Made by a program: the position numbers and the translations under genes. The notes under the pieces are model-generated. The model saw only the letters and a program-made list of their open reading frames with translations, ran no database searches and was not told the DNA's origin. Shown here one piece after another: positions 26,813 to 35,462 of a stretch of 64,000 nt of DNA. Source of the stretch: Synergistaceae bacterium (GTDB taxonomy: Bacteria; Synergistota; Synergistia; Synergistales; Aminobacteriaceae); NCBI GenBank assembly GCA_022837505.1, contig JALHFZ010000002.1, positions 11,214 to 75,213 of the forward strand. The letters are read 5' to 3'. Every line of letters begins with the position of its first letter. Positions within the stretch are counted from its first letter, which is position 1.

Positions 26813-27514
26813 TCAGCAATTTTCTTCGTTCAATAATTCTTCAAGGGATGTATAGGGTTTTCCGCAGGGGGACATCTCGCCGCACTCCCCGTGGATGAGG
26901 CAGGAGGGGCCGGCCGATGCGAAGAGAAGGGGGGCTGTCTTCCGGGCCTCCCGGAGAAGAAGGCGGGCGAGGTCCCGGATCTCCCACTGAGCCCTCCGGC
27001 AGAGCCTGAGGGTGAAAAAATGGTGAAGCTCCCGGGCGTTCATGGTCATGACGAGGCGGGTAGACCAGCCGTGGGGGAGGATATACCGGGCATCCTCCTT
27101 CGGTATGCCGGCTTCCGCCATTTCGCGGTAGAGTTCGTGGGCCGACCGCACCATGGCGGAAAAGCGCCCGGCGAACTCCGGATTGCCCGCTACTGAAGGG
27201 GGAAGGATGACGTCCGGTTCCTCCATGGAGACGTACCGCTGGCTCTGCTGGCTGAAGGAGGCTATCCTGTGCCGTACAAGCTGATGGGAGGTCACCCGGC
27301 TGATTCCGTCGACGGCGAAGGTGAAGGATGCGTGTTCAAAGGGAGAATAGTGTCCGCTCCTCCACAGATGCCGGAGAAGGGAGGCCGTCGTTGCGGCCTT
27401 TTCTTTTTCCGCGAGCTCAGCCGCGGAGACGGCGCTGTAGCACAGCCGTGCCGCCGCTGCGACGACAGCGTCGGGAAAAGGTGTTGCTGCAAGCAGTAGA
27501 ACGCGACATGCCAT
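26813..27514 (-). CDS. thyX: FAD-dependent thymidylate synthase
   Basis: ThyX motif SHQLVRHRIASFSQQSQRY. Confidence 0.93.
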   Translation of the reverse strand: MACRVLLLAATPFPDAVVAAAARLCYSAVSAAELAEKEKAATTASLLRHLWRSGHYSPFEHASFTFAVDGISRVTSHQLVRHRIASFSQQSQRYVSMEEPDVILPPSVAGNPEFAGRFSAMVRSAHELYREMAEAGIPKEDARYILPHGWSTRLVMTMNARELHHFFTLRLCRRAQWEIRDLARLLLREARKTAPLLFASAGPSCLIHGECGEMSPCGKPYTSLEELLNEENC

Positions 27515-27562
27515 AGGATAGCCTCCCCGCTGCGGCGAAGGAATGCGCCGACTGAAGTGAAG

Positions 27563-27584
27563 AAAAAAGGGGACCGAAGTCCCC
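27563..27584 (-). terminator. Rho-independent terminator after rpmE
   Basis: Minus strand GGGGAC-TTCG-GTCCCC followed by TTTTTT. Confidence 0.6.
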
Positions 27585-27591
27585 CTGGCTT

Positions 27592-27831
27592 CTACTCCTC
27601 TTCCGTTGTTTCCCGCTGGCCGTAATTGATTCCTTCGTACTTTTTCTGGAATTTCTCGAGTCTTCCCGCTTCGGTGAGGACCCGGCTGCCCTTCTTTCCG
27701 GTGAAGAAAGGGTGGCAGGCGGAGCAGACGCTCACCTTGAGCTCCTTCCGGGTGGATCTGGTCTCGAATTTATTTCCGCAGGCGCAGGAGACCGTGCAGC
27801 TTTCGTACGTGGGATGGATTTCTTTTTTCAT
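27592..27831 (-). CDS. rpmE: 50S ribosomal protein L31 (Cys-containing type A)
   Basis: MKKEIHPTY...CACG...[11 protein letters not shown]. Confidence 0.95.
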   Translation of the reverse strand: MKKEIHPTYESCTVSCACGNKFETRSTRKELKVSVCSACHPFFTGKKGSRVLTEAGRLEKFQKKYEGINYGQRETTEEE

Positions 27832-27944
27832 CTATGGGACACCTCCGAAAATATCGTGAAACATAAATTTTGTCTCAACAAACAGAGACTTTATCACAGG
27901 AACTTCCCCTCTGCAAGGGTTTTTTCTCTTAACTCAGAGCTTCT

Positions 27945-28562
27945 TCAGATATGCATGACCCCGAGGCCGCACCGCTCATGGTGGGCGACGGCATGGTAGG
28001 CCGTATCCCCCATCACCGCCACGGCAATCCAGCGGGAGTTGCGGACTATGGCGATCTTCGCCCCCACGCTGGCTTCAAGCATCCCCACGGCCAGAAACCC
28101 GTCCAGGGCTTCGAGGGCGGCATGCATGAGGGCATGCATCTCATTTCTCGTCTTCTCCACTACCTCGGCGTTCAAAGACGCCCCCACAAGGGCCCGGGTA
28201 ATTTTCTGGGGAAGGTCACCGGCAAGGCCGCCCACTTCGGTGGCCACAGACCTCCAGCCGAGGGTCGCAAGCTCCTTCTTCAGACGGTTTTCCGATTCGC
28301 TCGAGGTGGTTGCCGCCAGAAGAAGGGCTGTCCGCCCGATCTGGCTGTCATCCCGGATATCTATTTTGAGGGTTACCTCCACCGAACGGCCCGCCGGTTC
28401 TTCCGGAACCTCCCTGAGCCCCTCTGATTTTCCCCGGGAAAGATCGGGAACCTTCTCATTCGGGGTTTTTTCTTCCTTCATATCGTCGGCCTTCTCATTT
28501 TCAGCAGCAGTCTCCGTCTCTTTCCTGGGCGAAGTGAACATTTTCTTCCAGATCACAGTCAC
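27945..28562 (-). CDS. HutP-family RNA-binding regulator with N-terminal charged extension
   Basis: The C-terminal ~145 aa align by eye with B. subtilis HutP: IGRTALLLAA, EMHALMHAALEALDG (HutP ESHALYHATMEALHG), WIAVAVMGD...HERCGLGVMHI (HutP ...HETFGVGINHI). The true start is uncertain. Confidence 0.8.
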   Translation of the reverse strand: MTVIWKKMFTSPRKETETAAENEKADDMKEEKTPNEKVPDLSRGKSEGLREVPEEPAGRSVEVTLKIDIRDDSQIGRTALLLAATTSSESENRLKKELATLGWRSVATEVGGLAGDLPQKITRALVGASLNAEVVEKTRNEMHALMHAALEALDGFLAVGMLEASVGAKIAIVRNSRWIAVAVMGDTAYHAVAHHERCGLGVMHI

Positions 28563-28684
28563 GCAGCTCCTCTCGGATTTCTTCTTTCTGCATTATAATG
28601 GAACAGGAACAAAGAGTCACTTTTCACTTGAATATCGACTGTGCATTCCCGATGATACAAACATACCTCCAGGGCATCTTCTCA

Positions 28685-28713
28685 TTGAAGTACGCCCCTA
28701 TGTGGCCTATACT
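28685..28713 (+). promoter_or_regulatory. Sigma-70-like promoter for the TAXI receptor gene
   Basis: TTGAAG (28685-28690), 17-nt spacer, TATACT (28708-28713). This predicts a leader of about 115 nt. Confidence 0.45.
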
Positions 28714-28834
28714 ATAGCTGATAGAGAATTCAATAACATGAAGGGAGGCTTCTGAGGTTCACACCGCGAAGACGGTCACACAGGATGTACAGGAAGTTTT
28801 GAACACCAAATTCATTCAAGGGGGAATTATTCGG

Positions 28835-29797
28835 ATGAGAAAGAAAATGTCAATTCTACTTGCTGTGCTCATGATCATCGGACTCTTTGCCGGAGCAGCC
28901 GCAGCGAAGACCTTCATCTCCATCGCCACGGGCGGCACGGGCGGCACCTATTATCCCCTCGGCGGCGGCATGGCCGAGATCATCAGCAGAAACCTTCCCG
29001 AATTTCAGGTAACCTCCGAGACGGGGAACGCTTCGGCGGCGAACCTGAACCTCATCGGCACCCATCAGATTGAAATGGCCTTCGCCCAGAACGACGTTGC
29101 CTACTGGGCCTCCAAGGGGATGTCCCCCTTCAAGGAGAAGTATGACAATATCCGGGTCGTGGCCTCCCTCTACCCCGAGCACGTCCAGTGCATCACCATC
29201 AAGGGGAGCGGCGTTGAGGACATCATGGACATCAAGGGAAAGAGAGTCTCCGTCGGAGCCCCCGGCTCAGGAGTTCTCGGCGACGTGACGGCTATCCTCG
29301 ACGTGGCGGGGATCAAGTTTGCCGATATGAATACCGACTTCCTCGATTTCAACAACACGACCCAGCGCTTCAAGGACGGACAGCTCGATGTGGGCTTCGT
29401 CGTGGCGGGATACCCCACCTCCTCCATCATGGACCTCTCCACCACCCATGACATCAGCCTCGTCAGCTTCAACGACGCCTTTCTGGACAAGCTCATCGAC
29501 AAATACTCCTTTTTCATCAAAGACGTGATCCCCGCCGGCACCTACAAGGGCGTGGACAAGGACGTCCCCACAGCCGCAGTCATGGCCATGCTCGTCTGCG
29601 ATGCCGACCTTCCCGAAGAGACGGTCTACCAGTTCACCAAGGCCCTGTGGGACAACATTGAAGAGCTCTACAAGGTGCACGCCAAGGCGAAGCTCATCAC
29701 CCTGAAAACCGGACTGAACGGCGCCTCCGTGCCCGTGCACCCCGGCGCGGCGAAATACTACAAGGAACAGGGGATGACCGTACCCGTCATCAAGTAG
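28835..29797 (+). CDS. TAXI-family TRAP transporter solute-binding protein
   Basis: MRKKMSILLAVLMIIGLFAGAAAA signal peptide, then SIATGGTGGTYYPLGGGMAEII (TAXI signature). No TRAP permease gene is adjacent. Confidence 0.9.
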   Translation: MRKKMSILLAVLMIIGLFAGAAAAKTFISIATGGTGGTYYPLGGGMAEIISRNLPEFQVTSETGNASAANLNLIGTHQIEMAFAQNDVAYWASKGMSPFKEKYDNIRVVASLYPEHVQCITIKGSGVEDIMDIKGKRVSVGAPGSGVLGDVTAILDVAGIKFADMNTDFLDFNNTTQRFKDGQLDVGFVVAGYPTSSIMDLSTTHDISLVSFNDAFLDKLIDKYSFFIKDVIPAGTYKGVDKDVPTAAVMAMLVCDADLPEETVYQFTKALWDNIEELYKVHAKAKLITLKTGLNGASVPVHPGAAKYYKEQGMTVPVIK

Positions 29798-29816
29798 AGA
29801 AATTCCTGTCTTCTCA

Positions 29817-29843
29817 AAAGGCGGCCCTAGGGCCGCCTTTTTT
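29817..29843. terminator. Bidirectional rho-independent terminator
   Basis: AAAAGGCGGCCC-TAG-GGCCGCCTTTTTT. The loop contains the alaX stop codon, and there is an A-tract on one side and a T-tract on the other. Confidence 0.7.
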
Positions 29844-31008
29844 CTATGAATGTACCAAGGGCTTTCAGCCAGACCGCCGCCTCCATCTGACCGGTGACGC
29901 CGTTCAGCCAGTCCGCCCTTCCTCCTCCTCTGGCCTCAAGGGAGGGAGACTCCCGGAGGAGGGAGGAGAAATCCACGGGGATATCCCGCCCCCGATAGAA
30001 CAGAAAGGCCCCTCTCCCCTTCTCCGCCTCGGGAAGCAGAAGGAGGCAGAGGGAATCGGAGTGGGCCTCAGACCAGGCCCGGGCCGGGGGGGTCACCATC
30101 TCCTTTGAAAAACCCGGCAGCAGGGTGGTAAAAACCGGCATTCCCTTCACGGAAAGTTCTTCCCAGGGGAGGGCGAGAAGGGGGGCCGCCCTCTCGATGG
30201 TTTTCCTCAGGGCGGCGTTTTCCTCCCCCATCCCTGAAAAAACCTCCTCGAGTTTTGATACGGGACACCCTATACTCCTGACAAGCCTTCTGGCGGCGGC
30301 GCAGTATTCCCTCCGGAGGGCGGACCCGAGGGTGAACTTTATCTCCCAGGAGGGGGAACTTCCCCTGAACCCCGAGAGAAACACCTCCTCCACCTCTTTT
30401 GTTGAAGCCGCGTGGCTTCCCGAGCAGGCGATGAGGTCAAAATCAGGAATCCGGACGACCCGGATCGTTTCATCCTCTATTCTTCCCCAGTTTGCCTTTA
30501 TCCCCGCCAGATCCTTCGCCTCGTCCTTTGAAAGCAGAAGGGTCTCCACCGGAAGATCCTGGGCTATTATGCCGTTCGCCTCATCCTCGGCGGCGAAGAG
30601 CATGGGCCAGTCGAGCTCCCCCTCCCATGAAAGGTAGATGGTGCTCTCCTCCGCTCCTATGGCCACCTTGTAGACGGCCATCCCCGGGTGGGACCTTTCG
30701 AGAATGCGGGAGAGGATGTGCTCGCCGGTATGCATCCGGGAATAGAGGGAGTGCCGTTCCATGTCCACCTCCGCCTCCACCTCCATGCCCGGAAGAGGGG
30801 TACCCCGGACAGTTTTGCCGGTGACCGCGATATTCTTTCCGGCTTTTTCGCATCCCGTCACGGAGAAGGAAAAATCCTCACCGGTGAGCTTCCCCGTATC
30901 TCCGGGCTGCCCTCCCCCCGAGGGGTGAAAGGGGTTCGGCGAGAGGACAAGCCTGTGCGTCTTTTCCTTTCCCTCGGCGGGAAGAATGCTGTCAATGCGG
31001 GTTTTCAA
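29827..31008 (-). CDS. alaX: Alanyl-tRNA editing protein AlaX-L (editing domain plus DHHA1-like C-terminus)
   Basis: Zn motifs HTGEHIL and CSGSH, with a C-terminal ...GGGRADWLNG. Confidence 0.85.
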   Translation of the reverse strand: MKTRIDSILPAEGKEKTHRLVLSPNPFHPSGGGQPGDTGKLTGEDFSFSVTGCEKAGKNIAVTGKTVRGTPLPGMEVEAEVDMERHSLYSRMHTGEHILSRILERSHPGMAVYKVAIGAEESTIYLSWEGELDWPMLFAAEDEANGIIAQDLPVETLLLSKDEAKDLAGIKANWGRIEDETIRVVRIPDFDLIACSGSHAASTKEVEEVFLSGFRGSSPSWEIKFTLGSALRREYCAAARRLVRSIGCPVSKLEEVFSGMGEENAALRKTIERAAPLLALPWEELSVKGMPVFTTLLPGFSKEMVTPPARAWSEAHSDSLCLLLLPEAEKGRGAFLFYRGRDIPVDFSSLLRESPSLEARGGGRADWLNGVTGQMEAAVWLKALGTFIEKRRP

Positions 31009-31060
31009 GGAAATTACCCCCTGTTTTTTCAGAATATGAGCTTCATCTCAGCAAAGAAGC

Positions 31061-31102
31061 AAAATAAAAAACAAGGGCTCGCGGAAAATCCGCAAACCCT
31101 TG
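31061..31102 (-). terminator. Rho-independent terminator after tRNA-Arg
   Basis: Minus strand CAAGGGTTTGCGG-ATTTT-CCGCGAGCCCTTG followed by TTTTTTATTTT. Confidence 0.75.
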
Positions 31103-31109
31103 ACATGGA

Positions 31110-31185
31110 TGGCGCGCCTGTGGCGATTCGAACGCCAGACCCTCGGCTCCGGAGGCCGATACTCTATCCGCTGAGCTACAGGCGC
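31110..31185 (-). tRNA. tRNA-Arg (anticodon CCG), CCA encoded
   Basis: Minus strand reads GCGCCTGTAGCTCAGCGGATAGAGTATCGGCCTCCGGAGCCGAGGGTCTGGCGTTCGAATCGCCACAGGCGCGCCA. Anticodon loop is CTCCGGA. Confidence 0.95.
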
Positions 31186-31212
31186 AGAGGCTGCCCGAAA
31201 AGGGCGAAGCCT

Positions 31213-31241
31213 ATTCTACCCTCGAAACAAGCCAGCGTCAA
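31213..31241 (-). promoter_or_regulatory. Sigma-70-like promoter for tRNA-Arg
   Basis: Minus strand TTGACG (31241-31236), 17-nt spacer, TAGAAT (31218-31213). Confidence 0.55.
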
Positions 31242-31437
31242 GGGTTGCCCGGTTGATCGCCAGGGGGGAAAGAGCCGATGCTCCAGATGAAAAAAGGTGA
31301 TGGCCGATGTACTACTGCTTTTACCCAGAGGGCGGATTGACCCTTTCCACCGCTCTTTCGATGTGGATTTTTTCCGTTCCTTCGATCATAATGAATGGGT
31401 CTCTCCGGCGGCTTTTTTTATTGTTGCAGACATAAAC

Positions 31438-31466
31438 CTCAGTGCTGTTTTCTGAACAGTACTGAG
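31438..31466 (+). repeat. 12-bp inverted repeat / hairpin upstream of the SLH gene
   Basis: CTCAGTGCTGTT-TTCTG-AACAGTACTGAG (one G-T pair). A second small hairpin follows: GGTCTT-N8-AAGACC. Confidence 0.5.
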
Positions 31467-31552
31467 AGGTCTTGTTTTTCAAAGACCGGATTCTTGAATG
31501 GAGGGAAGACGGCTTATAGAAAGGGCAATACATTATAGAGGAGGCTTTTATC

Positions 31553-32956
31553 ATGAAAAAATACCTGGTATCGCTTCTGGCGGTTATTGTTTTGATGTCG
31601 GGCACCGGAGGGGTTTACGCCGGCGGCGGGGAAAGGGATGACGGAATCAAGACCTTCGGGGAGGTATTGCAGGAGGTAGGAATTTTAAGCGAGGGCAGAG
31701 CCGCTTTAAATGCCGGGGGGCACTTGAGCAGAGAAGAGATGGTGACCATCGTCAACAGGCTGTACAGGGAGAAGGCCCCTGAAAATGCCGGGGATTTCGA
31801 CCCCACGGAGGAATACAGGACGTTTACTCCTCCGGAAAAAGGGACTTTTTCCGATGTGCCCCAAACCCACTGGGCGTACCGGGAGGTCGAATTCGCCCGT
31901 GAAAAGGGCATTGTACGGAGAACCTCCTCAGGCGAGTTCGGTTTGGGCCAAAGGGCTAACGCCAACGACGGAGCACTTTTCCTGATACGAATCATGGGGT
32001 ATGGCGACGAGATACTGGGAGAAAAAATCAAGTACGAAGATGCCTACCGAAGGGTTTATCTCTTGATGGACATACGGGGCAGCCATGTGAAGGATCCCTC
32101 TGCCCCTCTGCTGCGGGGGGACTTTTTCCAGATGGTTTACGATGCCCTCTGGGCCAAGACTCCCGAGGGAGTCAAATTTGCTGAAGAGGCCTTCGGATAT
32201 GAAGAGGGGGTCCAGTGGAAAGCCGAAAGAATACTTGGCGGGGACAGGTATTGCTGCTATTTCGAGATGCACGACATAACCCCTGAGGAGGACAACTACC
32301 TCGCCCGCTTTATCCCCATATTCAAAACAGAGGAAGAGCTGTTTGCAGGCTATCTGGATTTCGAGCCCAACGGCATTTCCGAAACCTTCGATCTGGCCTA
32401 CTACAGCAATCTCAAGGCCTACCTGTCGGATCTCAATGAAAGTGACGCATACCAGTCCTGGGATTATACAAATGCAATGCTCATCAAGATCTTGAAGAGA
32501 GAGAACAACGCCTTTGTCGAGGCCATTGAGGACATCACCTCCGGTGAAATGCAGGAGATTTCCTGGGAGAGAGTAAGAGCCCTGGTTGGTGACAGGGTGA
32601 CCTTTGATTTACGGATGTGGACTCCCCACAGGGACGGCAGGGAAGAGCATACCTATCTGCACCCCTATAGGGCTGAAGGGCACGTTGCCATCGACACTTC
32701 GGAAGCTGCTTTTGAGTTTAAATATTACCGGCCGGCGGAAGAGGGGATGGACGGGGAGGATGACGCCTGTTCCTATGAAATCAAGGGGATACAGGCTGAC
32801 AGGGAAACTCAGAGCAAGTTTGTGTTCAGAATAAGGATAGCCGATGACCAGTACCAGGATGTGGATCTGTTTTTTGTATTTGAGTACGATCCGGAGGAAA
32901 AAAAGGTAATCAGAGCTGCTTCCTGCAACACGAAGGGATTCGGGGTGATGAACTGA
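31553..32956 (+). CDS. Secreted SLH-domain protein (S-layer homology anchor plus unknown C-terminal region)
   Basis: Signal peptide MKKYLVSLLAVIVLMSGTGGVYA. SLH motif FSDVPQTHWAYREVEFAREKGIV. The gene has lower GC than its flanks. Confidence 0.8.
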   Translation: MKKYLVSLLAVIVLMSGTGGVYAGGGERDDGIKTFGEVLQEVGILSEGRAALNAGGHLSREEMVTIVNRLYREKAPENAGDFDPTEEYRTFTPPEKGTFSDVPQTHWAYREVEFAREKGIVRRTSSGEFGLGQRANANDGALFLIRIMGYGDEILGEKIKYEDAYRRVYLLMDIRGSHVKDPSAPLLRGDFFQMVYDALWAKTPEGVKFAEEAFGYEEGVQWKAERILGGDRYCCYFEMHDITPEEDNYLARFIPIFKTEEELFAGYLDFEPNGISETFDLAYYSNLKAYLSDLNESDAYQSWDYTNAMLIKILKRENNAFVEAIEDITSGEMQEISWERVRALVGDRVTFDLRMWTPHRDGREEHTYLHPYRAEGHVAIDTSEAAFEFKYYRPAEEGMDGEDDACSYEIKGIQADRETQSKFVFRIRIADDQYQDVDLFFVFEYDPEEKKVIRAASCNTKGFGVMN

Positions 32957-33013
32957 GAGGATAGGACGGTTTGCTGATACTGTGACGTTTACTGATTTTC
33001 TGGAAGGCTCCGG

Positions 33014-33049
33014 AATTCCCTCCCTTCAGCAACGAGGGGAGGGAATTTT
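33014..33049 (+). terminator. Rho-independent terminator after the SLH gene
   Basis: AATTCCCTCCC-N12-GGGAGGGAATT followed by TT(C). Confidence 0.6.
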
Positions 33050-33110
33050 CATCTCTTTGCCTTGAAGCTCCGATCTTCCTGAGCCCTGGAGGAAAACCCG
33101 CAGCGGATCG

Positions 33111-35462
33111 TCAGGACCGGCGGAAGGTCACCACCGACACGCCGAATCCCCCCTCTTCAGGGCCTCCCAGGCGGCAGGAATCAACGTATTTCAAACGGGA
33201 GCAGAGGGAATGGACTTCCCGGCGCAAAACCCCCTCCCCCCTGCCGTGGATGACCGTTACCTGGTCGTAGCCTATCCTCATGGCCTGGTCGAGGTAGCGC
33301 TCCACTATGGGGATGGCTTCGTCCACGTTCATCCCCCGGACCATGACCGAGGGGGGGACCCTCTCGGGGGCGGAGGGAGCGCTTTCCCTGGGGGCAACGA
33401 TTCCCTTCGGTTTTTTCGAGGACTTGATCAGCTTTTTCGCTTCCACGTCCATGGTCATGGCCCCTGCCTTGACCACCGCCCGGGCTCCCTTGATCTTTTC
33501 AAGGAGCCCGACAATCTCCGTTCCAGCTATCTGGACGGTATCCCCGGGGGATGGAGGTGCACTGTCCCCCTCCCCTCCCTTGAGCAGGCGTTTTTCGTGG
33601 CGCTGCTCCAGCCGCTTTCGCTCCGCCCGGAGGGACTCTTTTGTATCATGGATCTGACGGTGGACCGCTGATTTCGAGGCCTCCTCGAGGTTCCGCAGAA
33701 ATTCCCGGCTGCTCTCCTCCGCCTTCTCGAGGATGGACGCCGCCTTCCGCTCCGCGTTGGAGAGGATGCCGTCCCTGTTTCCGGCAAGCTGCCGCACCTT
33801 TGCCTCATATTCATTCTTCAGGGCCGAGAGGCTCTTCTTCATTGCCGTAATCTCCTCCTCCTCCCTATCGAGCCACGCCTTTCTCTCATTCAGTTCAGCG
33901 ATCAGTTCCTCCACGGGGACGTCCCTCTCGCTCAGGACGGAATAGGCCTTTTCAATCACCTTTTCGGGCATGCCGTATCTCCTGGCGATGAGCAGGGCGT
34001 TGCTCTTTCCCGGAACGCCGAGGAGCATGCGGTAGGTGGGAGAGAGGGTCTCGGCGTCGAACTCCATGCTTGCCGTCTCGACTCCCGGCGCCGTGAGGGC
34101 GTACTGTTTCACCGGGTTGTGGTGGGTGGTGGCGAGGGTCAGCCCCTTTTCCTTCGTGAGGGTGTCAAGGACGGCGATGCCGAGGGCCGCCCCCTCCTGG
34201 GGGTCCGTCCCGGCACCGAGCTCATCGAGGAGGACAAGGGATCTCCGGTCGGCCCTCTCGAGGATTGAGATGATGTTGCTCACATGGGCGCTGAAGGTGG
34301 AGAGGTTCTGTTCGATGCTCTGTTCGTCCCCTATGTCGGCATAGACGGAGCTTATATTTCCCACCACCGAGTCCTCTTCGGCGGGGATGGGCAGGCCGCA
34401 CCAGGCGAGGTATACGCACACTCCGGCGGTTTTGAGCACCACGGTCTTTCCCCCCGTGTTCGGGCCCGTAACCACAAGGCTCCGGAAGCGCTCGCCGCAC
34501 CGTATGCTTACCGGTACCGCCTGATCCCCCAGGAGGGGGTGACGGGCCTCCCGGAGATGGAACATGGTCTTTTCGGACCGCAGGGGAATCTTCCATTTAT
34601 CCCGGGCCATGACTTCGCAGGCTCCGTAGAAGAGATCGAGGTCAGCCAGGACCTCCTGGGCGTCGAGAAGAGCCCTCTCTCTTTCGAGGAGTGTTCGGGT
34701 AAGGGCCCGGTAGATCTTGTGCTCTTCCTCCCGCTCCTCCCGCTCTGCGACGGCAAGGCGGTTGTTGAGGGGGACGAGGGATGAGGGCTCCATATAGACC
34801 GAGTTTCCCGAGCTTGACCGGTCCACCACTGTGCCTGGGAAGCGGTTGATGAATTCCTGCCGGACGAGAAAGACAAAATGGCCGTTCCTGAAGGCGGAGA
34901 CCCTTTCCTGAAGCATGTGTCCCAGGGAGGGGTTGTCTATTATCCCCTGGGCCGACCGGCGGATCTGCCGTTTCAGTCCGTCCATTTCTCCCCGGATCTT
35001 CGCCAGGGCCGGGCTCGCCGAATCGTAGAGTCTGCCCGCGTCGTCCACCACGCCGAGGGCCTCGATCTCGGGAGAAAAATCCCTCAGCTTTCTTGCCTGA
35101 GAGGTAAAGGCCGGATATTCATTTTCATAGGCGAGAAGGTGCTCCCGGTTTGTCCGGGCCATGGAGAGGAAACGGACGACCCCTGCGAGCTCTTCCCCTG
35201 AGAGCATGCCTGTCCTCTTCCCTTCCGCGAGAAGGGGGGCTATGGGCCCGACCTTCGGGTTCCACGGCCATTCTCCCTTTTCATCCCGGCAGCGGCGGAA
35301 ACTTTCAAGAAGGGTGATTCGCTCTTCAAGGTGGGCCGTCGTCGGCTGGGGGCGCAATTCATGAAGGGCGACGAGGCCGAGTTCGCTGCGGACTGACGAG
35401 GCGAATATACGGAGGATTTTTCCAATTTCGAGGATGGAGAGAATTTCATCCCTATATTCCAG
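33111..35462 (-). CDS. mutS2: Endonuclease MutS2 (MutS domain V ATPase plus C-terminal Smr)
   Basis: Walker A GPNTGGKT, DELGAGTDP, and a C-terminal Smr domain (VIHGRGEGVLR). The track start (TTG 35357) truncates the conserved N-terminus. The frame is open to CTG at 35462 behind AAGGAGGG. See findings. Confidence 0.92.
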   Translation of the reverse strand: MEYRDEILSILEIGKILRIFASSVRSELGLVALHELRPQPTTAHLEERITLLESFRRCRDEKGEWPWNPKVGPIAPLLAEGKRTGMLSGEELAGVVRFLSMARTNREHLLAYENEYPAFTSQARKLRDFSPEIEALGVVDDAGRLYDSASPALAKIRGEMDGLKRQIRRSAQGIIDNPSLGHMLQERVSAFRNGHFVFLVRQEFINRFPGTVVDRSSSGNSVYMEPSSLVPLNNRLAVAEREEREEEHKIYRALTRTLLERERALLDAQEVLADLDLFYGACEVMARDKWKIPLRSEKTMFHLREARHPLLGDQAVPVSIRCGERFRSLVVTGPNTGGKTVVLKTAGVCVYLAWCGLPIPAEEDSVVGNISSVYADIGDEQSIEQNLSTFSAHVSNIISILERADRRSLVLLDELGAGTDPQEGAALGIAVLDTLTKEKGLTLATTHHNPVKQYALTAPGVETASMEFDAETLSPTYRMLLGVPGKSNALLIARRYGMPEKVIEKAYSVLSERDVPVEELIAELNERKAWLDREEEEITAMKKSLSALKNEYEAKVRQLAGNRDGILSNAERKAASILEKAEESSREFLRNLEEASKSAVHRQIHDTKESLRAERKRLEQRHEKRLLKGGEGDSAPPSPGDTVQIAGTEIVGLLEKIKGARAVVKAGAMTMDVEAKKLIKSSKKPKGIVAPRESAPSAPERVPPSVMVRGMNVDEAIPIVERYLDQAMRIGYDQVTVIHGRGEGVLRREVHSLCSRLKYVDSCRLGGPEEGGFGVSVVTFRRS

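Noticed and set aside
28708-28724. TAT-ACTA-TAG-CTGA-TAG with 7-nt periodicity upstream of the TAXI gene, resembling a HutP UAG-N4 binding array.
   Set aside because: There are only two true UAG units. The first unit coincides with the -10 box (TATACT) of a well-spaced TTGAAG-17-TATACT promoter, so most of the array would not be transcribed. No second triplet set and no terminator follow.
31321-31605. 94-aa minus-strand ORF in the low-GC spacer upstream of the SLH gene.
   Set aside because: It overlaps the start and promoter of the SLH gene. It has no SD and its composition is Ser/Lys/Arg-rich and non-protein-like. It is probably a chance ORF in AT-richer DNA.
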